From Basidiobolus ranarum (taxonomy: Eukaryota): a DNA stretch of 32,482 bases. Each line of letters opens with the position of its first letter. Positions within the stretch are counted from its first letter, which is position 1. The stretch is from the NCBI GenBank assembly GCA_040143965.1, contig JASJQH010000082.1, forward strand, positions 1 through 32,482. The letters are read 5' to 3'. Under the pieces are notes generated by a model. The model searched no databases. It worked only from the letters and a program-made list of their open reading frames with translations, and was not told the origin of the DNA. Below are positions 12,419 to 24,785 of this stretch, piece by piece. Position numbers and translations under genes: made by a program.

Positions 12419-13446
12419 TTAATTTACACGGGGTTGCGAAGTACTGGCCAATTCAAATATCAAATTTTTCATACGTTGTCTTTCAACATTAGGTTGGACC
12501 ACTTCTTCGTGATGAGCAGTCCAAAATCCTTCAAAGTTATAACTTGCTCTATCTTTCATAATATTGAGTAATCTTTTGGATAATAATTCGGTAACACTTA
12601 TCACGTAGATTCCACAATCGTAACCTTGAATACAAGAGAATTATTCGCTAAAATTTTTAGAAAGTATCAAAATCTTGATAAATATTTGGTCTTATCCTTA
12701 CCGTTACTTTGTTGTGGTGTCTCCATAGCTTTAAACTGCGCGTCTATCATCATGAATTACATTTAGTTTCAGAAGAATACAATGAAATTGGTTTGTAATC
12801 GGGACTTATTTACCTTTCAAACCCAATATATGGGTGAATTTCTTGGCAGTATGCTCTGCGTGCTTTAAATTCAAATCACGTATAGAGTCATAGTAGTAGA
12901 ATGTGTTGCTATTACGGTGAAATACCATAAGTGACCTATGATGTGGTTGAAATTTCGAATAAGTAAGCTTGTATTAGAGGTATCCTTGAGTCAAAGATAT
13001 TATTAGTAGGAACCTTACCAATGACTTCCACCTACTCCCTCACTTGTATTATCGTTAATAGGAATAAATAAAAGTTGACGTTGGGGTAAGTCTTTGGGTA
13101 GAGCAGAAGCGAAATCACTCGTATCTAAGAAAGATATTTTAGCTTGGGTGAAAAAGGAATTTCTTTCCTTGTTGAAATAAAAAATCCAAATACCAACGGC
13201 GTGAGCTATCAAATGAACAAACGCAGGTCTTAAATAAAGAATTTCATGACTCTGTAAAGTTCTTTCAAGAAATCTGAAAATAAAGTTGAACCAATTAGCG
13301 TTGGTAAGTGTAAGTAGAAAGTTAAGAGACCATTACTCGTAAAAGAAATCAATGATGGCATCATTTATCCATTCTCCTTCCTCTAGTAAGTTCACATCTC
13401 CCACACGAAGAATGGAATTGTGATACTCCAATAATATATCTGACAT
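12419..13446 (-). CDS. SENP8: NEDD8-specific protease (SENP8/NEDP1/DEN1; Ulp/C48 peptidase), 6 exons
   Basis: MSDILLEYHNSILRVGDVNLLEEGEWINDAIIDFFYE; FIPINDN...GGSHWSL (His); YYYDS (Asp); PQQSNGYDCGIYV (oxyanion Gln, catalytic Cys). Short protein consisting of the catalytic domain only. Confidence 0.88.
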
Positions 13447-13598
13447 GTATTAGGGTACTATGTAGTGAATTTGTAATATGTAGTGAATCTTCAAGTCTAT
13501 ATATCTACTTTCAATTATGTTCGATGACCTCATCAAGTCAACTTGACGCCATTGTAGTAAATGTAATCGCTAGCTTGATTTGGCTAAAAGGATGACCT

Positions 13599-13606
13599 TG
13601 ACGTCA
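13599..13606. promoter_or_regulatory. Palindromic CRE (ATF/CREB) site upstream of SENP8
   Basis: Exact TGACGTCA about 155 nt upstream of ATG 13446, near an ATTTGGCT and TGAC half-sites. Function not demonstrable from sequence. Confidence 0.4.
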
Positions 13607-14190
13607 CTGGTGACCAACTCAAAATATCTCACTTTCTCGTCTAGTTTCGTATATCAGAGTCCATCATAGTTGTTGTTTTGGCTTTTATTATGTTTGTTTT
13701 TGGGGGATTTTTTTGGGGATTTTTTGATGCTTTTTTTGGTATTTTTAGACGAGATAGAATGTGAATCAATAATAAACTCGGTGAAAGCTTTCTAACAGGC
13801 TTATACGCAGATGATAAAAGGGAAATGGGGAATTGAAAATTAGCTTCTACACTGAGAGAAACCAGGCGACTGGAGTGGTTTTGTACAAAGGCTTGATCAA
13901 ATAGAAAGACCCGAGAATCGAGGGTTAATAAAGAACACATAAAACGAGGGGAAGTAGGGGTAGAGGGTTGACTTAGTCTATGTGATGGTAAAGATGTATT
14001 AAACGAAAGGAGGATTCAGATAACAAATCATAGAATAATAGAGACGATACGAAAGTCTATTGCTATGGCTTTCTTTATCACCCACTTATCTATAAATATG
14101 TATATGTATAATGGTTTTTAAAGGTGACAATAACGAATAAAACTGAGTTTGAAATATTCTGAATATCAGGTATGATGAATAGTGAATGGT

Positions 14191-16866
14191 TTACTTGGCA
14201 ACAACTGCTTCTTTCTCTTGTTTAAGTTGTTTGATATGGTTTTGTCTTTCTTGCTGGGCCTTACGGAAATCTTCAAGGGTCTTGAAGTCAGTGAGGATTT
14301 TAGCAAGAGCATCATTGGCTTTAACATGGTTGGTTTCTTTGTCCTTTCTGTAGTACAAGTAGGCCCAGAACTTCTCGAGACCATACAAAAATCCATTTTC
14401 ATAATCAGCAAGAGTAAGTTCTTGGAATTCCTCGAAAATTTCGGGACGGAATTTCTTCTCTAAACCATAAGAGAAGAAGCGGAAAAGACATTCCAAACCA
14501 TAACGGTAATTGGCCTCAGCATCTTCAACGGCAAGACGTTTGAATTCGTTATAAACCTTGCGATTGAAATGATCACGCAAGAAATGAGACCAGAAACGGA
14601 AGAGTGTATTCATCTCTTGAGAGTGACCGATACCCAAGCGCTTACGTTCTTTGAGAGCCTTAGCGTGGTATTTGTAATATTTGTGTTGCATAAAGCCATT
14701 CTCACGCAAAAGATCATGACTAGGATGCTGGAATGTAGGAAGAGATTGACCCAAAGAAGAAGAATAAACTCCATCCATATGGGCTCCAGGTGACATAGAG
14801 TAGGGAAGAGAATTGGGAGGAGTGGCTTCTCCAGGGTGGTAAGGTTGATCACCAAGTACCCAACCAACAGCAGCTTGAGAGTGATGTTGTCTGGAGTCGG
14901 GAATCTTCATACCACTTCTTCTATAGCTACCGAAGCTGGCGCCATAGCTGGCTCCGTAACTTCCGCTAAGACTGCCATAAGGAGTTCTTTGTCCCTTGAT
15001 AGGATAGAATTTGGGTGCGCGCTTCTTCTTTTTCTTCTTACGGTCATTGTCTTGGACAATGATAGTCTTACTGGAAAGACCAGTAGCCAAACCGGCGCCC
15101 ATGCCAGCGTCAACAGAACGGGCAGATTGTTGCAAACCATTGAATTGTTCTTGGGGAACAGTTTCAACCTTGGTATTGGATGCAGATCTCTCATTAGGCT
15201 CCTTCTTTCTGAGAGCATGTTCATAATGATACAATCCTTCGTTAATCATTTCATTGATTTCCTCATCCATAGCCTTTCTGTCGAACTTCTCACTAGTTCT
15301 ATCATGACGTTTCTGGGTAAGAATCAAAATTCTGGCAACAGTATCTTCATCAATTTCTTCCATATCATCATCAAGATCAGATTCATCGGTACTATCGTAG
15401 TACTTCTGGACCTTACCACCGGCACTTGTATCTTGGCCTTCGAAATCCTCATCGAATTGGAAAAGATCATCATCATCATTAGATTTCTTAGGTTTAAGAG
15501 CAGGAGACAATAAAGAACGACGACGATTCAACTTGGCTTGAGGAGGGATAGGAGGTCTAGACGAGCTGTTAGCGGGGGATGATCTGGCTGATGTGGGAGG
15601 AACAGGAGGCTTGGCACTACCGAAAGGAGATTGGGCAGTTTGGGATTTGGAAGAAGGGGTAGAAACTTGCTTTTCTTCTTGTTGTTGTTGATTGGGGAAC
15701 AACCATCTAGCCCAATCACCCTTCTTTCTGACTTTCATGTCACTGACATCAACGATATCACTAGAGGCGAGGGCATCATGAACCATCTCCTCATCTTGGG
15801 TAAGGGACTTAACTCTGTTAAATCCAGCTAAGAAGGAAATAGGAACGTAACCCTCGGCATCCATGTGTGTGCGGAAATACACATCACGACACAAGTTCTC
15901 AATACTAAAATAGTACTCGATTTGAGCCTTAAGTTTGGTCTTCAAAGTCTCAGGATCCAACTTCTTCTTCTGACCTTGAGCTCTACGCTGTCCACTGGGG
16001 CGACGAGCGGAGGTGTATGCTTTGGTGTGCGAGTAAGAAACGCCTACAATAAAGTATTTAGTACTACATTGATATTCGGATTGTCCACATATGAATTACT
16101 TACGTTTCTCAGTAGGAGCAGGGTTTTCAGTACCGTTAAAATCACCATTAGGATGGGCTTTATTACGAATGAGGTTTGAAGCGCTACCACGTCTTTGTCT
16201 AGGACGAGAGCGAACATTTCCATTAGTTTGCTCCGGCTTTCCCTCGGCATTGGTTTTCTTGGGGTTACGACCGTTGGATTTATGGCTAATTTGAGCAGTG
16301 AAAGGAACCCACTTGCCACGACCTGAGATATTCAAAGAAATATATATATGAGCTAAACTAGTAGATAATCAATAATGATTGGATTTAATGGAAAAAGCAC
16401 CCACCCTTCTTGTTAGCACCTTTTTGGGGAGTTTCAGGTTTCTTTTCAGCCTCGGTGGCTTTGAGGGAAGCAGCAGGCTCAGGCCAGTCTATTTATCAAT
16501 GCAGGATCATACTTTCAGTATAAGGTTACTTATTATATTTAAAAGTAGCAAATTTGAGCTTATGTTAGGTCGAGTATATTGCATACCTCCCATACAAACG
16601 TATCAAACTCAGATGAAGTGAAGGTGTATAGATATATGCTAATGTATTTGTAGCTTACCAGAACTATTTCCAACAGGCTTAGTAGCCTCTGGCTCTCCGA
16701 CAGTTTCTTTTCTCACTTCCCAAACATTGACAGTTGGGGTAGGGACTGATTCAGTTTTTGGCGATTCCTCGTTAGAGGGGACTGTTTCGGTAACAGTTGT
16801 CTCACATTTTTGCTGCTGAACGGGAGCTTCAACAGCGGGAACTTGCTCGGTAGTTGGGGTAGTCAT
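14191..16866 (-). CDS. LARP1: La-related protein 1 with La motif and C-terminal DM15 domain, 4 exons
   Basis: La motif [40 protein letters not shown]15 region [14 protein letters not shown]...[20 protein letters not shown]...[19 protein letters not shown]...[10 protein letters not shown]. 5' exons (ATG 16866; first intron 16489-16658) supply NVW, DWP and GKWVP motifs. Confidence 0.92.
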
Positions 16867-18272
16867 CGTAATAATGTACCCTTGAATATTCAAGCTTAAC
16901 TTAGTTCGAAAAATAGGTTCCTAAGAGCGAGCAGTAATGTCGATAATAAAAAGCTTAGCTAGGAATTCGGGTTAACGAAAAGGGGCTAAACTTCAGCTCG
17001 AATGTAAAGAATGTAAGATAAACAAAAAGCTAGAAAATAAAATTTCTAGAGATGTACGTTGACTTAGGTTTAAGAAAGAGGAAAGTTGCTACTTTGAGAT
17101 AGTGTTAGACTAAAAAGATACAAGTCGCTGTTGATTTTTTTCTCGGGATAATATCGAGCTCTTACTGGTTGTCCGTTATGTTTTTCATAAAGTTTTTTTT
17201 CCATTTTTTTAGCAAAATTTTCGAACAAACTCGAATGTTTATCAAGCACAGATTTATTCAAATGAACTAACACAAATCATGATTAAGTATTCGCTTAAAT
17301 CCAGAATTTTGCTTAGTGAAGTGTAAGTTCTGGCTACATAATTTACTTTCTCGCTCGAAATTGATAATCATCTACGATTTCGTCTGAATGCTGTTCAATG
17401 TTTATATATTGTTGCGTTACTTTGTGTTCAATGAAAAAACAGGCCTGGGGTACCTATCGTAGGGATCCTGTTAAGCTGATGAATCGATGTGTACTTTATG
17501 ATCAACATGAGGCTTTTGTTCTACCATGCCTTTTGCTTGGGCACTTGATAGATTAATAGATTTGAATTCTTGCTGATGAGTTGAATGCGGATGGACGTTT
17601 GCGAGTCAGGCAGGCTGCACTAATAAAGTGTCGAAAGTTATCTGATCTAACACCTTTGTCCAAATGTAGTATTGATTGTCCACAATTTAGGTCTGTCGTA
17701 CTTCCAAAATAATACTGGATTTGTTATCAGATTCTTTTTAATCATTGTGCATAGTAATGTACATAGGAAAGATTACATATAGATTTGTCCCTCCTATCAG
17801 CCCACTCCAGCGTAGCCTGTATCCTGGATTCTCTCCAATCACGTTGCAATATATCTTCCTGCAGGCGCCGTTTAGCCGAAATCATACACTTTGTTAGACG
17901 TTTTGTGTTGATTTCTGTTTAAAGTCGCTATTTCTCCATTTGTTGGTGATTGGGCATGCTACATTACTATACTATTACTTACTATACATTTGCTATATAT
18001 TTCCCCATTGGTGACCAAGATCCGATCAAGATCACTAGGACCAATTGGTTCCAATGGAATAGATCTATTCACAAATGTGCTTTAATTCCCTGAATATATA
18101 TTTCGAGTAATGAGCATTGGATTCACAAGAAAAACTTTTCTAAGCACTGACAAGTGATTCATTTAGATTGCTTGTTATAGAAGTTTATATAATACCATAA
18201 ATTTCCTCCTTTACCCTTCTCCTTAGTGGCTATACACCGACTCTTAACCGTTCTATCCTGTGATTATTTACC

Positions 18273-20539
18273 ATGTCGAACGCTACCTCAGATGCTTCAT
18301 CATCTACTTTTGGGACTTCTGATGTTATCATCATTTTAGCCTCAGTCGCTGTATCTGTGATATATTTGTTTCGTAATTCTTTGTTTGGCTCGAAGGAAAG
18401 TGACACCAAGCCTTCGTTGGCTACTAACCAAAATAGTGCCCTTGCCCCAAAGAAGAAAAACCGTAACTTCATCGAGAAGATGGAGGAGGCTGTAAGTTGA
18501 GCTGTTTTTACATAAGTTCTCTTATTTTTTAGCTAACCTATTGGTACCTTTTATAGAAAAAGAATGCGGTCATCTTTTTTGGTTCTCAGACTGGTACTGC
18601 TGAAGACCTCGCCGCTCGTTTGGCAAAAGAAGGTGAACAACGTTATGGTCTTCATTGCTTGGTGGTTGACCCCGAGGAATGTGATATGGAGCTCATAGAC
18701 CAGCTACCTGAAGATAAAATCGCCTTTTTCATTGCTGCCACTTACGGTGAAGGTGAACCTACCGATAACATCACTGATTTTATTACTCTACTCAATGACG
18801 AGGAACCTGAGTTTTCTAATGGTGCCGATCCTGACGGTGACGGTCACCCTCTAAAGAATCTTAACTATGTGGTATTCGGTCTTGGTAACAAGACTTATGA
18901 ATACTACAATGCTATTGGCCGTTTGATTGACTCTAAACTAACTAACTATGGTGCCAAAAGAATCGGTGAGCGTGGTGAAGGTGATGATGATGCTTCTATG
19001 GAGGAAGACTTTCTTGCGTGGAAAGATGATATGTGGAAGGCCGTATGTGAAACTATGGGTCTTGATCAATCAAATAAGGGTGATCAAGTAGTTACATTCA
19101 CTTATAAAATTACCGAACACGAAGAGAAAGCCGCCCCCTCCAAAGTTTATCAGGGTGAACTTTCTGATAGAGCAGACTCTGTCAAGTCCTCTTATGATTC
19201 TAAAAATCCTTACCTTGCACCTATTAAACTCACTCGTGAGTTATTCCAGACCTCAGATCGCTCTTGCATTCACGCCGAAGTTGACATTAAAGGAACTGGC
19301 ATGTCTTATGAAACTGGTGATCATTTAGGTATCTTCCCTGTCAACTCCGATGTGGAAGTCACTCGTCTTGCCAAGACCTTGGGATTGATAAGAGATAACA
19401 AACTTGATAAAGTTATTACTGTTGAAAGTGTAGATACTGATGCTGCCAGAAAGCATCCTTTCCCTGTTCCTACTACTTATCGAGTTATGCTTCGTCATTA
19501 TCTTGATATCTGTGCTCTTCCATCCCGTCAATTTTTCTCCGACCTTGCTTCTTTAGCCAACAATGAGCCTGTCAAGAAATACCTAAAGCATCTCGGTGAA
19601 GACAAAGATTTCTATCACTCTGAAGTGGTTGTTCCTTGTCATAATCTTGGTGAGATGCTTGAGATTCTTGAGAAGGTTCAAGATGCCATCCCGGTTGATC
19701 AACGCATGGAAATCCCTATTCCTTTATTAATTGAAGGCTTGGGTAGATTACAACCTAGATACTATAGTATCTCCTCATCTGGCTCTGTGTACCCAGATAC
19801 AGTTCACATCACTGCAGCAGTTCTCCAATATCAAACACCTGCCCATCCTGATCGTGTGAAATATGGTGTTGCTACCAACTATCTTTACTCCATCCATCGT
19901 CATATGGAGGGAACCGCAATAGAGGAGATTGCGGAAAATAAGCCTTTCCCTACCTATTATATTCATGGTGTTCACGATCAACAAGTTGTGGAGGCCAATA
20001 CCAATGATTCACAGCTGCTTATCAAAGTACCCGCCTATATTCGTAAGAGCAACTTCCGTCTTCCTACCGATTCTAAGAAACCAGTTATCATGATTGGTCC
20101 TGGTACCGGTATTGCTCCTTTCCGTGGATTCGTACAAGAAAGAATTTATCAAGTCGAACAGGGCAAAGAAGTTGGGCCAAATATGTTGTTCTTTGGATGC
20201 CGTCGTAGAGACGAAGATTTCCTTTACGTTAATGAATGGGAATCTATGTTCCAGAAACTTCCTAACAGTGAATTTATCACTGCTTACTCTCGCGAGCAAG
20301 AATACAAGGTCTATGTTCAGCATAAACTGAAAGAACGTCAAGAACAAATCTGGAACCTCATCAAGAACGAAGGAGCTTATCTATATGTTTGTGGTGATGC
20401 CAAGAACATGGCCAAGGATGTTCATAAAGTTATTGTCGAAACGGCCATGGAAGTAGGTGGTTTAGAGGAGGAACAGGCTAACGAGTATGTGAAAACATTG
20501 CGTACTGGAGGAAGATATCAAGAAGATGTCTGGGCTTAA
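18273..20539 (+). CDS. NCP1: NADPH-cytochrome P450 reductase, 2 exons
   Basis: N-terminal TM anchor; intron 18492-18556; FMN motifs FGSQTGTAED, ATYGEGEPTDN, FGLGNKTYE; FAD motif RYYSISSS; NADPH motifs MIGPGTGIAPFRGF and YVCGDAKNMAKDV; C-terminal RYQEDVW. Confidence 0.97.
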
Positions 20540-21004
20540 TCTAGTTGACAGTGCATTACTTTTACTCATTTTCTAACTGCTATATAATTTATGCATTGTG
20601 TCCATACATTTGACATGTTTTCTTTTTACCCGTCAATATAATAATGTACCTGTAGTGGCACTCAGGTATTCTCATTTTCATCAAGGTACATTACCCTCAA
20701 AGCAATCTTAAGTAGACTTTATCACTTACTCTCCACTCCCGTTATCCTTTTGCCTATCGATTTCTCTTTACAAATGTCGATTACTAAATAAATGGATACA
20801 CCGTATTCTGATATTACTTGCTATTAAATGGGCTGATTTATATGTGTTTAAGAAGTACAGAATAAACCCACCTTCCAGATATATGGGCTTTATAGTTATG
20901 TAAATGCAGTAAGAATTAAACCCAACTCCCAGATACACGTTTATTTTACTCCAATTCAGTAGAAGCTTGTATAAATGAATTATATTAGATGCTTTCAATA
21001 GAAA

Positions 21005-21020
21005 ACGCGACGCGACGCGT
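21005..21020. promoter_or_regulatory. Triple MCB-like cell-cycle box upstream of histone H4
   Basis: ACGCG-ACGCG-ACGCGT, including an exact MCB ACGCGT, in CpG-poor intergenic DNA about 260 nt upstream of the H4 ATG. Reverse CCAAT (ATTGG) at 21063. Confidence 0.6.
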
Positions 21021-21264
21021 AATTTCAATGACTGCAATAAAGTCACCGAAATCACATTTATGATTGGCTACACACCAAAAAAGTGAAAGAAAAATGGAAC
21101 ACGTACCAAATATGGGAATTAGCTTTCCATAATTCTGGTTGATTCGTGATTTATTTAATGGATTTGGATTTTTTAAGAAATATGCATACGTGTTCCAGAA
21201 ATATTTAAATAGTCCATGTCCTCCCCGAATAGATCAGGAAATTCATCCGTTTATTTCAACCTAA

Positions 21265-21591
<327 letters not shown>

Positions 21592-21995
21592 TTCCGTGGA
21601 TATATATCATCTTTTGTATGTTCTCCATCTTCTGTATCATATTTGTCCTTCGATATTGTTTAACGATAATAAAACCCATTACAATATATATTCCACTTGA
21701 CCACTTAATTGTTCGCAAATAGCTCTTATTAGCTTGTACTAGTAAAGTGCAATATCTTATATACGGTCGAGAGCAACTGCTAAGTGTTTGAAAAAAATAT
21801 ATAGCCTGGAAATTTACATGTCTTCATTTTATTAAAAAACACTCACGTAAGTGGGGGTAAATCTAAAATTATCTCCGTAAAATGATAAATGTATAAAAAA
21901 TAAGTGCCCTAAAACTTAGAATTTCCCTAATATTTTACAAGCATGGATATCTATTCTTTAAACATAAGAACTCCATTAAAATCGCTACAAAATAT

Positions 21996-22862
21996 CTAAT
22001 TTTGCTTCTTCTTGTTCTTCTTCTTCTTGCTAGGTGTTTCTGAAGGAGTGCTAGGGACTTCAGCCAAAACCTCCTTTTTAAGGGATTTTACTGGGGTGGT
22101 TTTAGGTGAAGTTGTTGGCTTTTTAACTTCAGTTGGAGTGGCAACTTTACGTTTACGAGCATTTTGAGCTGCGGGTTTTTTAGGGGCAGGTTTTTGAACT
22201 TCTTCTTCGGACTCTTCAGAATCTTCTTTTACGGCAGGTTCGACTGATTGTTCAGAGGAAGAATCTTCGTTTTCTTGTGCTTCAAGTTCAAGTTTATGCT
22301 TATTATATTCTTCCAGTTCGATTTTATAAGCTGCGTTTTCACTTTCATATTTCTTGATGTATGCTTCCTTTTCAGTTTCATTTAAGGCTTTCCAGGCGGA
22401 TCCTAACTCACGTGATACGTCTTGAGAGGTAGAGTTGGGGCGTTCTTTACGAATATGGTCGCGTTCTTCGTTACAGAATTGAATGTATGGAGTGAAAGGC
22501 TTCTTGGGTGCGTTGGGATCCTTGGGTAACTTCTTTTGTACTAAAGAACCTTCCAAGTCAACGACTTTCTTGTAGACCTCGGAGATACGGGACATACAAA
22601 GAGCAACGGTAGAGAAATTCTCGGCAAGCTATGGATGATACGAAAATTAGTTACTTGTAACCGGAATAAAGTGAAGGGAAGAAAGAGCGGGAACTTTTGG
22701 ACTTTGGAGAATATGTTTTGTCGCGTCAAGTGTTGCAACAGTGGGGTGAGCGAATTATTGAAAAATTGTACTTACAATGGTGGCATCAGCTAAGCTGATC
22801 TCAGCTGGAGTGGTGTTGAGTAGGGTATGCTTCTTAGCAGCGGCTGTAGGTCTCTTGGACAT
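21996..22862 (-). CDS. HMG-box architectural chromatin protein (Hmo1/HMGB-like) with Lys-rich tail, 2 exons
   Basis: ATG 22862 (MSKRPTAAAKK); intron 22629-22775; HMG box KDPNAPKKPFTPYIQFCNEER...LGSAWKAL..EKEAY; acidic then basic C-terminus with several S/T-P-K sites. Confidence 0.85.
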
Positions 22863-23866
22863 GATTTTACTGTAGTAAAAAGTGAGGTGGAGTTGGGTAG
22901 AGGAGAGATGGGAGTCTGCAGACAGATATATGAATACTGAAAAATTTATGGGTGGTGAGATGAGCAGAGTTTGCAGGGAAAAATTACAGTCTGCCGAGTC
23001 AGACTGGGTTTGATAAACGAAAAAAAAAACTTTCGTCTAGTATAGTGTGTTAGGGGGAGGTGAGAGGTAGTTTGCCTGCCAAACAAATTGTATATGGTTG
23101 GCTACAGTGAGTGGGAAAACCTAGGTGTGGGGGTGTACTGATCTACTACGCAAGGGATCTTGGAATTCATCTACCCCTCCTGGTCCCCTGGTCTCCCGAT
23201 ATTGACTAGGAAAATTTCGTGGAAAAAGTGAAGATAGGATTTTGCCTAATGATACGATGCTACTGGTTAGTATCGCGAAAACTTCAGAAGATTAGACAAG
23301 TTCTTGGACTGGTCATCATTTGTTTACTCTGTAAAATAGAAGTTTTCTTTGTTCTCGTTCCATATCGAACTTTGAAAAACGTGAGCTTTGAGCGTTAATT
23401 TTTTGTTGGAGCTCATCCTCGGTCACATGGATACAGTCTTGTTGATTGTTTTGTAGTGATCTACGTGGGTTGACAGATCAAATAAGACCTGTAAAACCTT
23501 TGTATTTGTGTAGCCCAAAGATTCTACGGAATTATATGACAAGTGAACGATTCATTTTTGTGTCAAATCTTTGTTTTAATGTCAAGGTTATTGATCCACG
23601 ACTAGGTACTTTGCCAATTCCCTAACAAGTTCAAATGGTAGATTCGCAGTTTTGAAGAGGATTTGTATTTTATATAGTAGAACATTGAATTTAAAAGTAA
23701 AAGAAAGTACTTTTAAAAAAGAATCATGATGCTTTAGTAAAATGTTGATGGGACAAGCCTAAGAATTGTGTTGTTGAAATGATCAAAGAAAGCGTGTTCA
23801 GCGTGGTGAAAATGGTGAACGTATGTCATGTATATGAAAGATAGCGCAGGTTCCAACTAACAGTCT

Positions 23867-24383
23867 TTATTGAGATTGGAAACCAGGGGGGACAAGTCCA
23901 CCGTATGGCATCTGTCCAGGAAGTGACTGACCTTGTCCAGGTTGACCGGAGAGCATCTAAAAATGATAAATATCAGAAAAAATTCCCACAAATGTATAAA
24001 CGAAACCCTTCATATTAACAGAAACTTACTTGTTGTTGAGATTGTTGTTGCATTCTAGCCTCATTTTCAAATTGAATTAATGCTTGCTCCTTTTCGATCT
24101 CCAAAGCAAGAGGAAGGATGATCAAAAGAGCGGAGGTGGTAAGAACCCAGGCAGATTTACCAACGAAAGTGGTAGCTGTCCAGCCAGCGTTGTAAATGGT
24201 GGAGGCGAAAGAGGAAACAGCCTTACGTTGTTTCTCAGGGATAACTTCTTTCAAAGCAGAGAGACGCTCCAAGAGAGACTCTTCAGCGACTTCCTCATAT
24301 TCAGAATCACTTTCAAAATCACTGTATTCAGAGTCGGAGACTTCTTCGACGTGATCAATAGGGAGTTCTTCGATTTTACCCAT
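23867..24383 (-). CDS. TOM22: Mitochondrial import receptor subunit Tom22, 2 exons
   Basis: Acidic N-terminus, ESLLERLSALKEVIP, GKSAWVLTTSALLIILPLALEIEKEQ TM signature. Intron 23957-24029. Stop TAA 23867-23869. Confidence 0.93.
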
Positions 24384-24785
24384 TGTAATAGACTAGATTC
24401 TTTCAAATAATACACAAAGGTTTTCTAAATAAGACTGAGAGGCTTCTCGTAAAAGTTAACGAAAGTTAAAGGCGTTGCTTTTCAATCTAGTTTTTCGCTT
24501 CCATCACCAATCCATAGAATTTTTTTTGAGTCTGGGGGAATGAGATCTGGGAGGGGATGATTATCCACTAAAATTCGAGAATACTTTGAATTTCTTTCTT
24601 GATTGTTCTTTTAATCATTACTATCTTAATCTAAGTAAATTGGCTTATTTTATGGCATATAAGTAGGAAAATAAAACATGGCATTTCTGTTTCGTTCTAT
24701 TTCTAGTTGGTGAAATGCATATATTTTAAACAACTCTACTAGGAGATAAACACGAATATACGAATAATACACAGATGCGATTCAA

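Noticed and set aside
14836..15513. 225-aa ORF on + and other antisense ORFs over LARP1, NCP1, H4, NIPA, TOM22 and MFS
   Set aside because: They lie antisense to strongly codon-biased real genes and have no recognisable motifs, as expected for shadow ORFs.
17570..17645. Hammerhead-like CTGATGAG...CGAAA
   Set aside because: Stem II does not extend past one G-C pair and stems I and III cannot be formed.
21996..22862. HMG gene as a possible mating-type (sexP/sexM) locus
   Set aside because: The box is the non-sequence-specific DPNAPKKP HMGB/Hmo1 type, and the flanking triose-phosphate transporter and RNA helicase genes are absent.
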